Of a stretch of 64,000 bases of DNA, positions 1 to 9,729 are shown one piece after another. The stretch's first letter is position 1. The number at the start of each line of letters is the position of its first letter. Below the pieces are notes generated by a model. That model searched no databases and was not told where the DNA came from. It saw nothing but the letters and a program-made list of their open reading frames with translations. Both the position numbers and the translations under genes were made by a program. Location of the stretch: IMG/VR virus record IMGVR_UViG_3300021420_000001, positions 47,481 through 111,480 of that record; one strand, written 5' to 3'. Source of the stretch: a virus.

Positions 1-37
1 GGTGCCTCCTCTGGTTGAGGGTGGGAAGGTCTGCAAA

Positions 38-601
38 TCAACCATACTGAGAAAGTTGCTCGATGCACAACGTAGAGCCCTCTCGATTTAACGCATCTCG
101 ATACAAAGGCATGACATCCTGCGCATGGTCGATATTGACGACCACTATGGTCTGTAACATAGCGCGGAATGCTGCAGAAAAGTCTCCCAAATGCTGGTGC
201 CCAGGATCGAGAGGTCTGTCCGTTGCGATTGCGGTACGGATGATGACTTTGGGACGATAGGCTGAGTAGCGTGGGATGGCATCTAGGTGAAGTACAAGTT
301 GACTCATTGCCAATAGCAAAAAGTTCACGCGCGGATAGATACAAATGGGCAGGTCACCATTCAGGGAGGCCCCAATTGCAGCACCAAGTTGCATATCCTC
401 AGCGACGGGCCACTCGATTCGCCTATGCATTGGAACATTACGCAAAGCGTTGAACATCGCAGTACCCGGAAATTGTACCGCCTGACCCAGAAAGACAGAA
501 CGCGGATGCTGAGACAGCATCTCCATTGCTTTACAGAGTTCAGAGAAGTATGCCGTCTCCGGCTGCTGCGTAGGGGCGACGCGGACGCTTGGCACTGACA
601 A
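38..601 (-). CDS. TPP-dependent enzyme beta subunit (transketolase/pyruvate dehydrogenase E1-beta pyrimidine-binding domain, short form)
   Basis: VFLGQAV, EWPVAEDMQLGAAIG and DPGHQH motifs of E1-beta; 187 aa, lacks the C-terminal domain; adjacent to the alpha subunit. Confidence 0.85.
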   Translation of the reverse strand: MSVPSVRVAPTQQPETAYFSELCKAMEMLSQHPRSVFLGQAVQFPGTAMFNALRNVPMHRRIEWPVAEDMQLGAAIGASLNGDLPICIYPRVNFLLLAMSQLVLHLDAIPRYSAYRPKVIIRTAIATDRPLDPGHQHLGDFSAAFRAMLQTIVVVNIDHAQDVMPLYRDALNREGSTLCIEQLSQYG

Positions 602-610
602 GGGTTGATC

Positions 611-1201
611 CTAGAAGTTGACGCGGACGCCAGCCCCACTATGGGGCCAAGGCAATTTGTAGTGGAACGCAAGCACACCAGGAGCGTCAGCCTTGAACGG
701 GTCGCCCCAAGTTTCCTGGGTTGGGGTACACACCGACTTGCCATTGTCCTCGATCACAAAGTCAAGGGGTAAATTGTGTCCTTGCGAATAGACAACGCAC
801 TCAGTGAACATCCCAGTAGCGGAAGTCATGTCCCCAACGAAGCACCAGACCCGATTCTTGCCGCCCGCTCGTTTGATGGACCAGGCAATCCCAAGAGCAA
901 TCGGCAAAATGCCTCCGACAATTGCGGAGGATATTATGCGACGTTCAGGATAACAAAGCGTAATAGACTTTCCCGCGAGGATGTCTCGCTTAAGTATTTC
1001 AGGCGGGACGCCGTGCAGTAAACATTTGTAGTGACTTCTCCAGGAGCAACAAACCCAATCGTCCGGGTAGACCTGTTTGAAGATTTTGATGAGTTGTTCT
1101 TCATTCCCCCCATCCAAATGTATTGGGGCTCTAATATGCCCCGCATTGAATTCGGCAGCGATGTCTTTTTCGAACGCGATGAGCTCTTCAGCGGAAAGCA
1201 T
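611..1201 (-). CDS. TPP-dependent enzyme alpha subunit (E1-alpha-like, short form)
   Basis: PIHL..GNEE, WRSHY, SAIVGG and the TPP-binding VGD...IEDN motif. Confidence 0.88.
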   Translation of the reverse strand: MLSAEELIAFEKDIAAEFNAGHIRAPIHLDGGNEEQLIKIFKQVYPDDWVCCSWRSHYKCLLHGVPPEILKRDILAGKSITLCYPERRIISSAIVGGILPIALGIAWSIKRAGGKNRVWCFVGDMTSATGMFTECVVYSQGHNLPLDFVIEDNGKSVCTPTQETWGDPFKADAPGVLAFHYKLPWPHSGAGVRVNF

Positions 1202-1364
1202 AAACCACCAATCCAGTAATAACCGACAAAACCAAACCCCAGATAAAACCCGTTCTAAGTCCCTCTATGTAACCCGATAGCCTAGCCGTAGAACGTAGAT
1301 TACAAGGACAATGTTCCCAATTTGGATAAGGGCAACGACCGCCAACAACGCATTCTTTCTGCAT

Positions 1365-1694
1365 TCAATTCAACTTATCGAATTTGACGACCGTCGGCTT
1401 CGGCTTATTCTCAGGATCAGACTTGAAAAGCCAAGTCGTATAAGCATCCAGGTCTTCGCGGGTCAGAAAGAATTCCCATTGACCATCAAAACTTCCGTCC
1501 CCGTTAATCTCCGTAAGCATATCCGCAACGTCAAAAGCCATCAGTGCGGGCGGAAGGTTCTCAGCCTTGAGTTCGTCACTCCGATCGATCTTGATCAAAA
1601 GTATACCGGGTTCGAGGAACTCTACGATCTCACCCCACTGGCTGTACTCGTTACCGCAATGAAAAACAAACTTGCCGACGAAGCTGTTGTTCAT
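1365..1694 (-). CDS. hypothetical protein
   Basis: ATG at 1694 overlaps the upstream stop (ATGA coupling); co-oriented with operon. Confidence 0.6.
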   Translation of the reverse strand: MNNSFVGKFVFHCGNEYSQWGEIVEFLEPGILLIKIDRSDELKAENLPPALMAFDVADMLTEINGDGSFDGQWEFFLTREDLDAYTTWLFKSDPENKPKPTVVKFDKLN

Positions 1695-2269
1695 GAAAAT
1701 ACATTCCAATTGCCAAAGTCCTCGACAAGTTCTGCTGCAAAACAATCTACTTTGTAGTCTTTGCGCCCACCCGCTTCCTCGGCAAGGATATTCTTTGCCG
1801 AATTCCTGACGCCATTGATGCTATGCGTCAATTTGAGAAGCTTGTCCTGCTCGGGACCACCTTCCCGCGCGTGCGCCTCATTCTCCCAAATATATCGATT
1901 CGTAAGTTGTATTAATGTGATCGCCATAATCGCACGGGCAGTCAACTTGTGGTCAAGCTCATTTAGGATGATGTCAATGTCATGAAGGATATCCGCGCGC
2001 TCTTGCAGATAGTGATCACGTTGTTTCGGGATGAACACCATTTTCTGTTGTGTGATCGTCAAGCGGTCGACCAAATCACTTAATGTCGGAAGATACCGGC
2101 GCTGCGGGATCTGATTTGGAATAGAAACTACTGCAGCCGCTTGACGTGGTCGCTGGGATGGAAGGTCTCGTGTTTGGAATCCCGGAATTCCGGTCGTCAC
2201 ATCCTCAGGCACGTCGGCTCCAAATTCATCCACGATTGACCCCACTATGCAACTGCCTTCTGCTTCCAC
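1691..2269 (-). CDS. hypothetical helical protein in glycan cluster
   Basis: ORF coupled to neighbours; LSDLVDRLTI...IWENE...NGVRN helical pattern; start uncertain. Confidence 0.6.
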   Translation of the reverse strand: MEAEGSCIVGSIVDEFGADVPEDVTTGIPGFQTRDLPSQRPRQAAAVVSIPNQIPQRRYLPTLSDLVDRLTITQQKMVFIPKQRDHYLQERADILHDIDIILNELDHKLTARAIMAITLIQLTNRYIWENEAHAREGGPEQDKLLKLTHSINGVRNSAKNILAEEAGGRKDYKVDCFAAELVEDFGNWNVFS

Positions 2270-3201
2270 GCCTCTATCGGTCTATTCATACCATCCAAAA
2301 TACCGATCTGCTGGAGTGCCTTACCCACACAGTTTTCAGGAGAGAGCTTTTCCATGAACGCTTTCATCTGCGCAGCATGGACACCCTTCCAGGCCGTACG
2401 GGTAAGTATACACTGATCGTAAAAGCTTTCGATCGATGGCGCAAACCGTACGATCTCATCCCAAGGCTTACTGAGGAAGTGAGGTTCGGCGACAACTGGA
2501 CGACCAAGACAAAGTGCGGTATTGCAACGCGAAGAACTGACAAGCCCCATCTCCTCGAACTTCCTGATCTGTACGATGACCTTGGCCTGACGCATAATCC
2601 GATCGCGTTCGGTCTGATCCTTGAAGTCGGCGATGATACGTACACCCTTCTCGGAAAGATTAGCACGACGGGCGAGCATCTTCAATATCTTCAGGCGGCG
2701 CTTGGTCAACGACCCGTAGAAGCCGAAGTCATACGTCGGGGCGAAGTCTCCAGTACGCACGAGGGAAGGTGCGTAACCGAGTTCACAAGGTGCGGCAGGA
2801 CAGAACTGACCATACCACTTGGTAACATGATCACCGGGAACGAGATGGATAATGCCCTCGGCATATTTGGCGGCTTCCGGGAAGGTCTTCTGGCGAAAGA
2901 CCATCTCCTTTTGGGTACCTTGATTGAAACCCTTCTCGGAAGGTTCCTCAGTCGCCAGGATGATGAAGCGTGCGCCAGATTCATAGCCGTGCGCTAGAAG
3001 CTTTATGGCGTCGGGGGTGAAGCCTTCCACCACTATGTTCATGCCCTGACCTGCCAGGGTATTCAGGAACATGTGATTACGTTGATCCCAAACTATTTCG
3101 TGACCTAGAGCCCTGCAAGCATGTCCGAAAATACCAACGACGTCTTCAAGTGATCGCTGCCCTAAATCACTGTGGTTGGCCATATTTACGAGGAAGTTCA
3201 A
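2245..3201 (-). CDS. putative glycosyltransferase (GT-B, CgeB/Glyco_trans_1_2-like)
   Basis: DFGFYGSLTKRR...ERDRIMRQAKVIVQI...SSSR...PVVAE pattern of GT-B C-terminal domains; cluster context. Confidence 0.65.
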   Translation of the reverse strand: MNFLVNMANHSDLGQRSLEDVVGIFGHACRALGHEIVWDQRNHMFLNTLAGQGMNIVVEGFTPDAIKLLAHGYESGARFIILATEEPSEKGFNQGTQKEMVFRQKTFPEAAKYAEGIIHLVPGDHVTKWYGQFCPAAPCELGYAPSLVRTGDFAPTYDFGFYGSLTKRRLKILKMLARRANLSEKGVRIIADFKDQTERDRIMRQAKVIVQIRKFEEMGLVSSSRCNTALCLGRPVVAEPHFLSKPWDEIVRFAPSIESFYDQCILTRTAWKGVHAAQMKAFMEKLSPENCVGKALQQIGILDGMNRPIEAWKQKAVA

Positions 3202-3380
3202 GACAGAACTTCCTTCTTAAATTCCTCCAAAGAAACTAATTCCCCCTCAGTCAACCTCTTCCTACCTTCCCGCACATCAGAAATACGTTCGCATTCAGAA
3301 CAGTACGCAAAGTGATCAAAAATCGAATGCTTACGCATAAAACCGTAGCCATGGATCAGGCACCAATCATCGTCACACAT
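3198..3380 (-). CDS. hypothetical protein
   Basis: short Cys-containing ORF filling the gap between coupled genes. Confidence 0.45.
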   Translation of the reverse strand: MCDDDWCLIHGYGFMRKHSIFDHFAYCSECERISDVREGRKRLTEGELVSLEEFKKEVLS

Positions 3381-3382
3381 TT

Positions 3383-3874
3383 TTACTCTACGACCTCGTA
3401 GGCTACGGCCCGCATCATATCACCGGTTCTAATCAGAGGTTTAGCGCCAAAAGTTTTTGGATTGCTTGGATCGTATTTCGTATTCCCTGCTACGCCTCTG
3501 GCTCTAAGGGTAGCTGGCTTCAGTGGTGGCGTATTTGTGTCTTTAATTGATTGCCGTAACTGCTCAGCAATAAGAACTCCGGCTTCTCCTAAAGCTAGGT
3601 TTGTATCATAATTATGCTTCTTCAAAAGCCCTGCAAGTCCCGCAGGCCACTCGGGACTCTTTGCCTTCACCATATTACTGAAGAAAGGTCGTGGAGGAAT
3701 TCCTGCTCTCGGTGCACCATAATTCTGGATAGCGGCGATAAGCGCCACAGAAGTCCCGTTCGGATAGCGCGCACCGGCCAGAAAACCAACATGAAGCGTA
3801 GCATACTTATCTAATTTGGCCGTAATCTCGACCAGGGCCCTCTGGAGTTTGTCGCCGCCACGGATTTCGGCCAA
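3383..3874 (-). CDS. phage neck/head-tail completion protein
   Basis: VGFL...Y.NG..VA.IAAIQNYGAP...IPPRPFF and KPLIRTGDM motifs typical of DUF2213/DUF2184-type phage neck genes. Confidence 0.75.
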   Translation of the reverse strand: MAEIRGGDKLQRALVEITAKLDKYATLHVGFLAGARYPNGTSVALIAAIQNYGAPRAGIPPRPFFSNMVKAKSPEWPAGLAGLLKKHNYDTNLALGEAGVLIAEQLRQSIKDTNTPPLKPATLRARGVAGNTKYDPSNPKTFGAKPLIRTGDMMRAVAYEVVE

Positions 3875-3880
3875 AGTCGA

Positions 3881-4222
3881 CTAGCCCCCAGAAGGGCCAG
3901 GGGCGGTCGCTGGGACGGGTTCCGCCGGAGGGGTGGGTGGGTGCCCATGAGCCCCGAGAGCCGCCTCCACGCCCGCTAGAACCCCGCTGGTATCGTTTAC
4001 CTTGGCCTCTAGGGCTGTGATCTGGGCTTCAAGGGCCGAAATCGTCCCTTTGAGGGCCGCAATATCGGCCCGATCGGCCGCACTCAGGTCGGAACTGAGG
4101 ACGGGGCCGGCTGACGCTGGGTTGGATTCCAATGCGGCAAGGCGGGCTTCCACCTTGGGTTGCCACTGGCGGAAGGCGATTGCGTCTTCGTCAATACCCA
4201 TTGGGTTTCTCCATATCCGCAA
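3881..4222 (-). CDS. small coiled-coil protein
   Basis: heptad ALEAQITALEAKV with Pro-rich tail. Confidence 0.55.
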   Translation of the reverse strand: MRIWRNPMGIDEDAIAFRQWQPKVEARLAALESNPASAGPVLSSDLSAADRADIAALKGTISALEAQITALEAKVNDTSGVLAGVEAALGAHGHPPTPPAEPVPATAPGPSGG

Positions 4223-4472
4223 ACATTTGCGAAAACGTATTGTACATATACAGGTTAAAAGCCTGCTCTTGCAAATAAGCAGTTGCTTCCAATACAGCCC
4301 GTCTCTTATTTTCCCAAACCCAATAAGGTTTTGACTGCAATAAATGTGCGGGAATAGAAAACGCCTTAACTATCTCAGCCTGAATTTGATCGTAAATCTC
4401 CTTGGCTTCAGCCGAAGACCAAACAATTTCAACTACCGGTTCCATTTCAGAACTCGATCTGGTGCCAAGCAC
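4191..4472 (-). CDS. hypothetical protein
   Basis: ORF overlapping both neighbours in operon. Confidence 0.45.
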   Translation of the reverse strand: MLGTRSSSEMEPVVEIVWSSAEAKEIYDQIQAEIVKAFSIPAHLLQSKPYWVWENKRRAVLEATAYLQEQAFNLYMYNTFSQMFADMEKPNGY

Positions 4473-5187
4473 CGTTACGCTTTTGCATCGCCCAGAGCCG
4501 GTCAGCGGTGGAAACCTGGCCGAAGACCTCCACTATAGCCTGGGTCACACCGGGATGATAGCTACGACCCGCGTCGTGGGCATCGGACTGGCCTTCGCTG
4601 ATCATTTGCTGATGATGAGCATGGTCTTGAAGTTCGTGGTACTGAAGCTGGAGATCATCCCCACAAAGGACGCCGCCATCACGAACTAAATGCGCAGCAC
4701 CCACAATATCAAATTTAGCGGTTTGATAGCGATGATCGCCGTCAATAAAAACAATGTCAAAACTTTCATAGGTCAAATCCAACTTTATCAAAGCAGTAGC
4801 AGAAGCCTCTTTGATCACCTTCAGCCGCTTGTCGATCCCGAGTACCTTCATATTGTGCCAGAACAACTGCTCGATCTGGCCAGACCGCGCCGCCTCGTCC
4901 ATGATCCTGTGGGTCTCGGAAACGTTGTTATTGAAGTAGGGAGCCCACTGGTCGATGGCGATGAAATTAGCTCCAGAATAGGCGGCTTGGTCCCAAGTGT
5001 GAAGGGACGCTCCGGCCCAAGAACCAACCTCAAGAACGGTTAATGAATTAGAATGAGGTGCAGATTGGTCCGCTATCTTGAGCAAACTACGGAAATGCGG
5101 CAGGTACTTTTCATATGGTCCCTGCTCCGAGATCAGGAACTCGCCGAAGTAGGGCTGGCCGCTTTGGAGGATTTCGTCGAGGGTCAT
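4447..5187 (-). CDS. class I SAM-dependent methyltransferase (Methyltransf_24-like)
   Basis: VLEVGSWAGAS, FDIVFIDGDHRY, GGVLCGDD, HPGV motifs. Confidence 0.88.
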   Translation of the reverse strand: MTLDEILQSGQPYFGEFLISEQGPYEKYLPHFRSLLKIADQSAPHSNSLTVLEVGSWAGASLHTWDQAAYSGANFIAIDQWAPYFNNNVSETHRIMDEAARSGQIEQLFWHNMKVLGIDKRLKVIKEASATALIKLDLTYESFDIVFIDGDHRYQTAKFDIVGAAHLVRDGGVLCGDDLQLQYHELQDHAHHQQMISEGQSDAHDAGRSYHPGVTQAIVEVFGQVSTADRLWAMQKRNGAWHQIEF

Positions 5188-5188
5188 A

Positions 5189-5371
5189 CTATCTGATTGC
5201 CCCTAACTTTATGCCGGTATCGAGAATGATGTAGCCACAAATAAATAGTGCACAACTTGCAGCCATTATCCGAATGAAAAGTTCAAATGAACTCATGTAA
5301 TTGCCAATACAAGAACGCAAATCAGAAAGGTCAGCGACCCAATTACGATCCAATCTGTGAACGTTAGACAC
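5189..5371 (-). CDS. small putative membrane protein
   Basis: 60 aa with one hydrophobic segment. Confidence 0.4.
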   Translation of the reverse strand: MSNVHRLDRNWVADLSDLRSCIGNYMSSFELFIRIMAASCALFICGYIILDTGIKLGAIR

Positions 5372-5639
5372 ATTTTACTTCTTCGGGATCTGTTTCAGGA
5401 CCTTGACCAGATCGTCCACGAGCTTGCCGACGAAGAACGTATCGGCTGGAACTGGAATTCGCCCGTCTTTGCTCATGACAACCTTGGCTTGATCTTTGGC
5501 CATACGAGAGCTAGCACATTACGTGCTTGCAACTTAAGGAGCAACTCAGGATCAAGATCAGTGACGCTATTATTATGTCCCGCAGACGCCCGCTGGATAG
5601 CAGCCTTGATTTCCTCTTCCAATTGCTGTGCTTCTAAGT

Positions 5640-6425
5640 TCACGTACACACCAGATGAATTGCCTGTTGCAGAACTGGATCTTTCGGATAACGATCCCCG
5701 ATCAGAGCCTTATCGACCGGGGAAAGCTTATCCCAACCATACGAGACGGGTGGATCACTAACTCCAAACCGTGCCCAGGCCAACATACGTGGTCTCCGGG
5801 GTCTCGGGGCCATGTGCATCCCACGTGGATCGGTCAGGAAGATCGTACCGGCCTTACCCGTCATAGCCGTAACGACGTTATCGGGTGGGGCCTCGTAATT
5901 GTAACCCAGGTTCTGATTGCTAGGATTCGGATAGAACTTCTGCGAACCGCGCTGATACAGATGAGCGCCGTCTTCCTTCATCTCGATGTCCGTCCCCATG
6001 AAGAACACGACCAACTGTTGCCGGTCGTCGCCATCGATATGCCACCAATGTGTATCCGCGTACTTGGGCACGTTAGGCGGGACGGGCTGGGTCCAGAACG
6101 CATTCATGGAGTAGAGGAGCGGTGGCTCACCATCAAAATATTGTTGGACAAGTGGGTAAAGGCCAAGAGCCGTTTCCAGGATGTGGGGCGCGGTCACAAC
6201 GTCCTGCATCGAGTGGCAGAACATCGGCCAAGCTTGATGCCCCAGATAAACGCTCTTGAACGTGTCTCTAGCCGTAGCCTTAGCCGCCACGTGGGCGTTA
6301 TAGACTTCAGTTTTGTACAGATGCTCAATAACATCCTGGACCGGAAACGTAGTCGGTATCTTCGCGATGCCGTCCCGACGCATATCACCGAGGACAAGGG
6401 CTTGCCACTGGAGAGCGATGTTCAC
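5640..6425 (-). CDS. 2-oxoglutarate/Fe(II) dioxygenase (PhyH-like)
   Basis: WHID HxD motif, GAHLYQRGS, GTIFLTDPRGMH distal His, followed by Arg. Confidence 0.8.
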   Translation of the reverse strand: MNIALQWQALVLGDMRRDGIAKIPTTFPVQDVIEHLYKTEVYNAHVAAKATARDTFKSVYLGHQAWPMFCHSMQDVVTAPHILETALGLYPLVQQYFDGEPPLLYSMNAFWTQPVPPNVPKYADTHWWHIDGDDRQQLVVFFMGTDIEMKEDGAHLYQRGSQKFYPNPSNQNLGYNYEAPPDNVVTAMTGKAGTIFLTDPRGMHMAPRPRRPRMLAWARFGVSDPPVSYGWDKLSPVDKALIGDRYPKDPVLQQAIHLVCT

Positions 6426-6982
6426 AATGAAGGTTCCTTATAGCAGTAGGCAATGCCGAGAAGGGTGCCAATCGTAGTGAATTGCTTCCCTTTAGCCTTC
6501 AACTCCTCGACAAACTCGTAAGCAATAATTGTGGACTGATTACCCGCGTAAGGGATGACATCATGAAACGCAATAACACCACCTTCGCTCACTAGAGGCT
6601 CGTAATTGTAGTAATCAGCACGAAGTCCGTCGTAGCTTTTGTCGCCATCGATAAATAGTAGATCGAAGGGAGACAAATAGACGCAGCGGCCTACAGTATA
6701 GCGAGCGTGACTGTCACCCCAAATAATCCCCTCTCCTTTGTAGGGAGAGCCGTCCTCAAGTTCGACCGTCCACGCATGCTTGAACAGATTAGCAAAGACA
6801 AACTGAGAAGCACCGGGGACACCAAGCCCAATCTGTAGGCAACGATCCCGCTTATTCAGCTTTGAGACAAACTCGGTAAACTCTTCCCGGACTTGTTGGA
6901 TGGCAGACATTTCATTGCCATCACCTAGCCAACCACTCCAAGGCAAGAAACGAGAGTCGTTTACGAGAGCGTCCAGGTCCAT
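6422..6982 (-). CDS. class I SAM-dependent methyltransferase (Methyltransf_24-like)
   Basis: LQIG...G, GDSH, FDLLFIDGDKSY, GGVIAFHD. Confidence 0.82.
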   Translation of the reverse strand: MDLDALVNDSRFLPWSGWLGDGNEMSAIQQVREEFTEFVSKLNKRDRCLQIGLGVPGASQFVFANLFKHAWTVELEDGSPYKGEGIIWGDSHARYTVGRCVYLSPFDLLFIDGDKSYDGLRADYYNYEPLVSEGGVIAFHDVIPYAGNQSTIIAYEFVEELKAKGKQFTTIGTLLGIAYCYKEPSL

Positions 6983-7653
6983 TAGAGAGGAATTTCCTTA
7001 TCTACGTTCCACTGACTCGTGTGCTCGATTACCACAGCGGGGTAGTCATGCCGCCACCGCTCCAGGAAGAGGGCCTCGTCGGCGGAGTTGGGGGCGGTAC
7101 TAACATGGAAGTGTCCATGAAGCTCAATGACTGCATGAGGGTCAGTAGCCACAGCGCCACCGGCACGCCAGCAACGTAGGCTAAGGTCCACATCACCATA
7201 GTGAGCAACATATGACTCGTCAAAGAAACCACCAATCGCGTCAATTGTCTTACGGGAAAGCATACCCCAGCGCGCGTATTGTTTGCCTTTGATCGTACAG
7301 ATCCTGTAATGACCCTCAGTCACGGGCGGATGGGTGCGGAACTCGGCAATGAAGGGCTCTACCTGGCGGTCAAGAAACCCAGCCATAATATCCAGAGCAT
7401 GAGGCCAAGGAAAACATATGTCGGAAAGCCAGCAGATGTGCGTCGCCGTAGGATCAGTCTGGCCGTAAGCAAACCCAAGAACCCGGGCACTGCCCAGATG
7501 ATCGTCCCTGACACACTTGGCTCCGGTTACGTCAAAATCAAAGTGCGGGGATGCGACGATGACTTCTTGCACCCGATCGTTCATCCACAACCGATCGACA
7601 ACTTGTTGGGCTTGTTCCTGTAAGCGCGCGGCGGGGAGGATGACAGAGATCAC
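6982..7653 (-). CDS. glycosyltransferase family 2-like
   Basis: N-terminal ISVILP; IGGFFDESY...YGDVDLSLR...GG GT-A signature. Confidence 0.85.
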   Translation of the reverse strand: MISVILPAARLQEQAQQVVDRLWMNDRVQEVIVASPHFDFDVTGAKCVRDDHLGSARVLGFAYGQTDPTATHICWLSDICFPWPHALDIMAGFLDRQVEPFIAEFRTHPPVTEGHYRICTIKGKQYARWGMLSRKTIDAIGGFFDESYVAHYGDVDLSLRCWRAGGAVATDPHAVIELHGHFHVSTAPNSADEALFLERWRHDYPAVVIEHTSQWNVDKEIPL

Positions 7654-7886
7654 GCGCTATTTCCATTCCTCGCGTAACCTTTAGCAACCAGAACTTGCGC
7701 AATATGCGCAAATTTCTGGCGCGTCACCGACATTGCATCCTTCCAAGCGTCGTCAAACATCTTCCCAGCCAGTTCCGGGGAATAAGCCATAACGCCTGAC
7801 TCGCCAAAGTCCCAGATAAAATCCGCTTCAGCTATATCTCGCGCGAGTTCAGCTATATCTCGCGCGAGTTTCTCTATATCAGACAT
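7650..7886 (-). CDS. hypothetical protein
   Basis: coupled ORF containing a 7-aa tandem duplication. Confidence 0.5.
   Translation of the reverse strand: MSDIEKLARDIAELARDIAEADFIWDFGESGVMAYSPELAGKMFDDAWKDAMSVTRQKFAHIAQVLVAKGYARNGNSA
7827..7868. repeat. perfect 21-bp tandem duplication (TTCAGCTATATCTCGCGCGAG x2)
   Basis: read directly; encodes LARDIAE-LARDIAE in frame. Confidence 0.95.
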
Positions 7887-8775
7887 GTAAGCCTGCCTTG
7901 GTCAGAACCTTGCCCCAAAAAACTTCAGGACTATGTTCTGTAACCATCTTCTTGTGGAACTTCTCGGCCACAGCCTTTATCGCAAAGTCTGGTACGTCTC
8001 GGTTCAGGTTCAAGATATCTTCAAGGGAATCATACTCGATGTAATCTTCGCCTGGACTGAACCATTTGTTGAGCGGCGAATTACGAACCTCTAGTACAGC
8101 AGAGCCAGCAAAACCTGCCTCGATCACGCGACCCTTGACGTGAAGATGAGCGCCCGTACCTGTCTCTGCGCAATTCAGCGTCAGCTTAGTCTGATCCATG
8201 ATCTGAGCGAAGTCGTTATAGGAACGTCCAACTGGACCCTGACGGAAGTCGATTAAGCTGCGTGACTGAAGCTCCCGGATCAGTTTATCGCGATGCCCAG
8301 TACCGCCAATCATCCCAAGCTTGATAGTGCGTTGGTCCCAAGGCAGAGGATTGAACGAGCGCGGGTCTGTGGGCGTTAGGAGTGTGATGCCCTCAGCGAA
8401 AGAAGCAATCGGCGTTTCAAAGCTGCCGTCGATTGCCACCATCGTCGTAAAGCATTCTTTTGCATGATACTCCTCAAGGACCGGCCACCAGGGATAGTCC
8501 GCTGCGTCACCACAAATGAGAATAAGCGGCGCTACGGCTCGCAATCGTTGCAGGGTGGGAGGACTGGGAACCGGGCGTCCGTGGGAAGGCTCGTAAGCAC
8601 CCACGTAAACCATGAAATCAGGCTTGGAAACTCTTGCAAGCTCGATGAGCTCGTCATGACGATCATGAGGGCGATCATCGTACTGAGCAACTTGAACTTC
8701 ATGTCCTATAGCCTCTAGCGAACGCCAGAAGGGTTCGCAATTGCTGGTATGAGTGACGAATACAAGTACCCTCAT
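7879..8775 (-). CDS. glycosyltransferase (CgeB/Glyco_trans_1_2-like), paralog A
   Basis: HVKGRVIEAGFAGS..LE...WFSPGEDYIEY motif; paralog of 9730-10629. Confidence 0.8.
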   Translation of the reverse strand: MRVLVFVTHTSNCEPFWRSLEAIGHEVQVAQYDDRPHDRHDELIELARVSKPDFMVYVGAYEPSHGRPVPSPPTLQRLRAVAPLILICGDAADYPWWPVLEEYHAKECFTTMVAIDGSFETPIASFAEGITLLTPTDPRSFNPLPWDQRTIKLGMIGGTGHRDKLIRELQSRSLIDFRQGPVGRSYNDFAQIMDQTKLTLNCAETGTGAHLHVKGRVIEAGFAGSAVLEVRNSPLNKWFSPGEDYIEYDSLEDILNLNRDVPDFAIKAVAEKFHKKMVTEHSPEVFWGKVLTKAGLHV

Positions 8776-9044
8776 TGAGAATTTGCCGCCGTCCAGGCTT
8801 TCATATTCTCCATTCCTTGAGGGCTAATAAGCAGTTGACCCCGCGTTGATCCGTCCGGATAAGACGCTCGGGTAAGCCAACGAACCTCTTCCGTACCAAC
8901 GATACCTAAGAACTTTTCCATAGCGTCAGGTGTCATTCGGGGAAGGTCTCGGTAGACCCAACCGTCAGCCCGTAAAGTTTCGCCAGGGAACGGTTCACCT
9001 TCAGGTAGAGGCCAACTATCCATCCAATCTTTCAGTGCACTCAT
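8772..9044 (-). CDS. hypothetical protein
   Basis: ORF with ATGA-type overlaps on both sides. Confidence 0.55.
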   Translation of the reverse strand: MSALKDWMDSWPLPEGEPFPGETLRADGWVYRDLPRMTPDAMEKFLGIVGTEEVRWLTRASYPDGSTRGQLLISPQGMENMKAWTAANSQ

Positions 9045-9622
9045 GCCGGGAACACAAAGCAGAAGCCACGCTTGGAACCACTCACCGCCTTAGCATACTC
9101 GATGCGGTAGGTCGGGCTCCACTTGAGCAATTCAGGACGGATGAAGGCTTCGTTCATCTCGTGATAAACGCCATTCACGATCATGTGGTCCCAACCGAAG
9201 TCGTTCTCGTGGCCGGGGACCTGGAAATCATGGAAGACGAGGATGCCTTTGCCAGGAGTAATTGCACGGATTTCATCCAGGGTCGGGCATTCACCGTCCC
9301 AGTGCGCATCGATGAAGAAGATCGTATTACTTGGAAGATCGTACATAATGGAAGTAAGCACTTCCGGGGAATGCCCCGTCAAGAATTTGAAGTTGGGCAT
9401 ACCAGCCAAGGCTAGACGCTGATTGGCAACCTCGACGCACTTAGGGTCGTGATCAATCCCAATGTAGTTCGGCACCATCTTGGAAAATGCGAGAGAAGAT
9501 TGACCATCGTTCAGGCCGGTTTCTACGACGGTGTCAATGGCATGCTCCGCAATGATCTCTGCCAAGCGATCCCGCAGGTTGAAATCGTCAAGTGCGTAAT
9601 TCGGACCGGGCCAGTAACCCAT
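9041..9622 (-). CDS. class I SAM-dependent methyltransferase
   Basis: VVETGLNDGQS, GHSPEVL, FFIDAHW, LVFHDF. Confidence 0.8.
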   Translation of the reverse strand: MGYWPGPNYALDDFNLRDRLAEIIAEHAIDTVVETGLNDGQSSLAFSKMVPNYIGIDHDPKCVEVANQRLALAGMPNFKFLTGHSPEVLTSIMYDLPSNTIFFIDAHWDGECPTLDEIRAITPGKGILVFHDFQVPGHENDFGWDHMIVNGVYHEMNEAFIRPELLKWSPTYRIEYAKAVSGSKRGFCFVFPA

Positions 9623-9729
9623 AATAATTTACCACTGATGTCCGCACTTGGCACAATATCCGTGGGCCTTTGTACCTGGAGCTCGGGCATGCCGAAAGTG
9701 AAATCTTCTATGAAACAACCAACACCACA

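Noticed and set aside
38-1201. Pyruvate dehydrogenase as an auxiliary central-metabolism gene
   Set aside because: Subunits are truncated, no E2/E3 is in the window, and the context is glycosyl- and methyltransferases.
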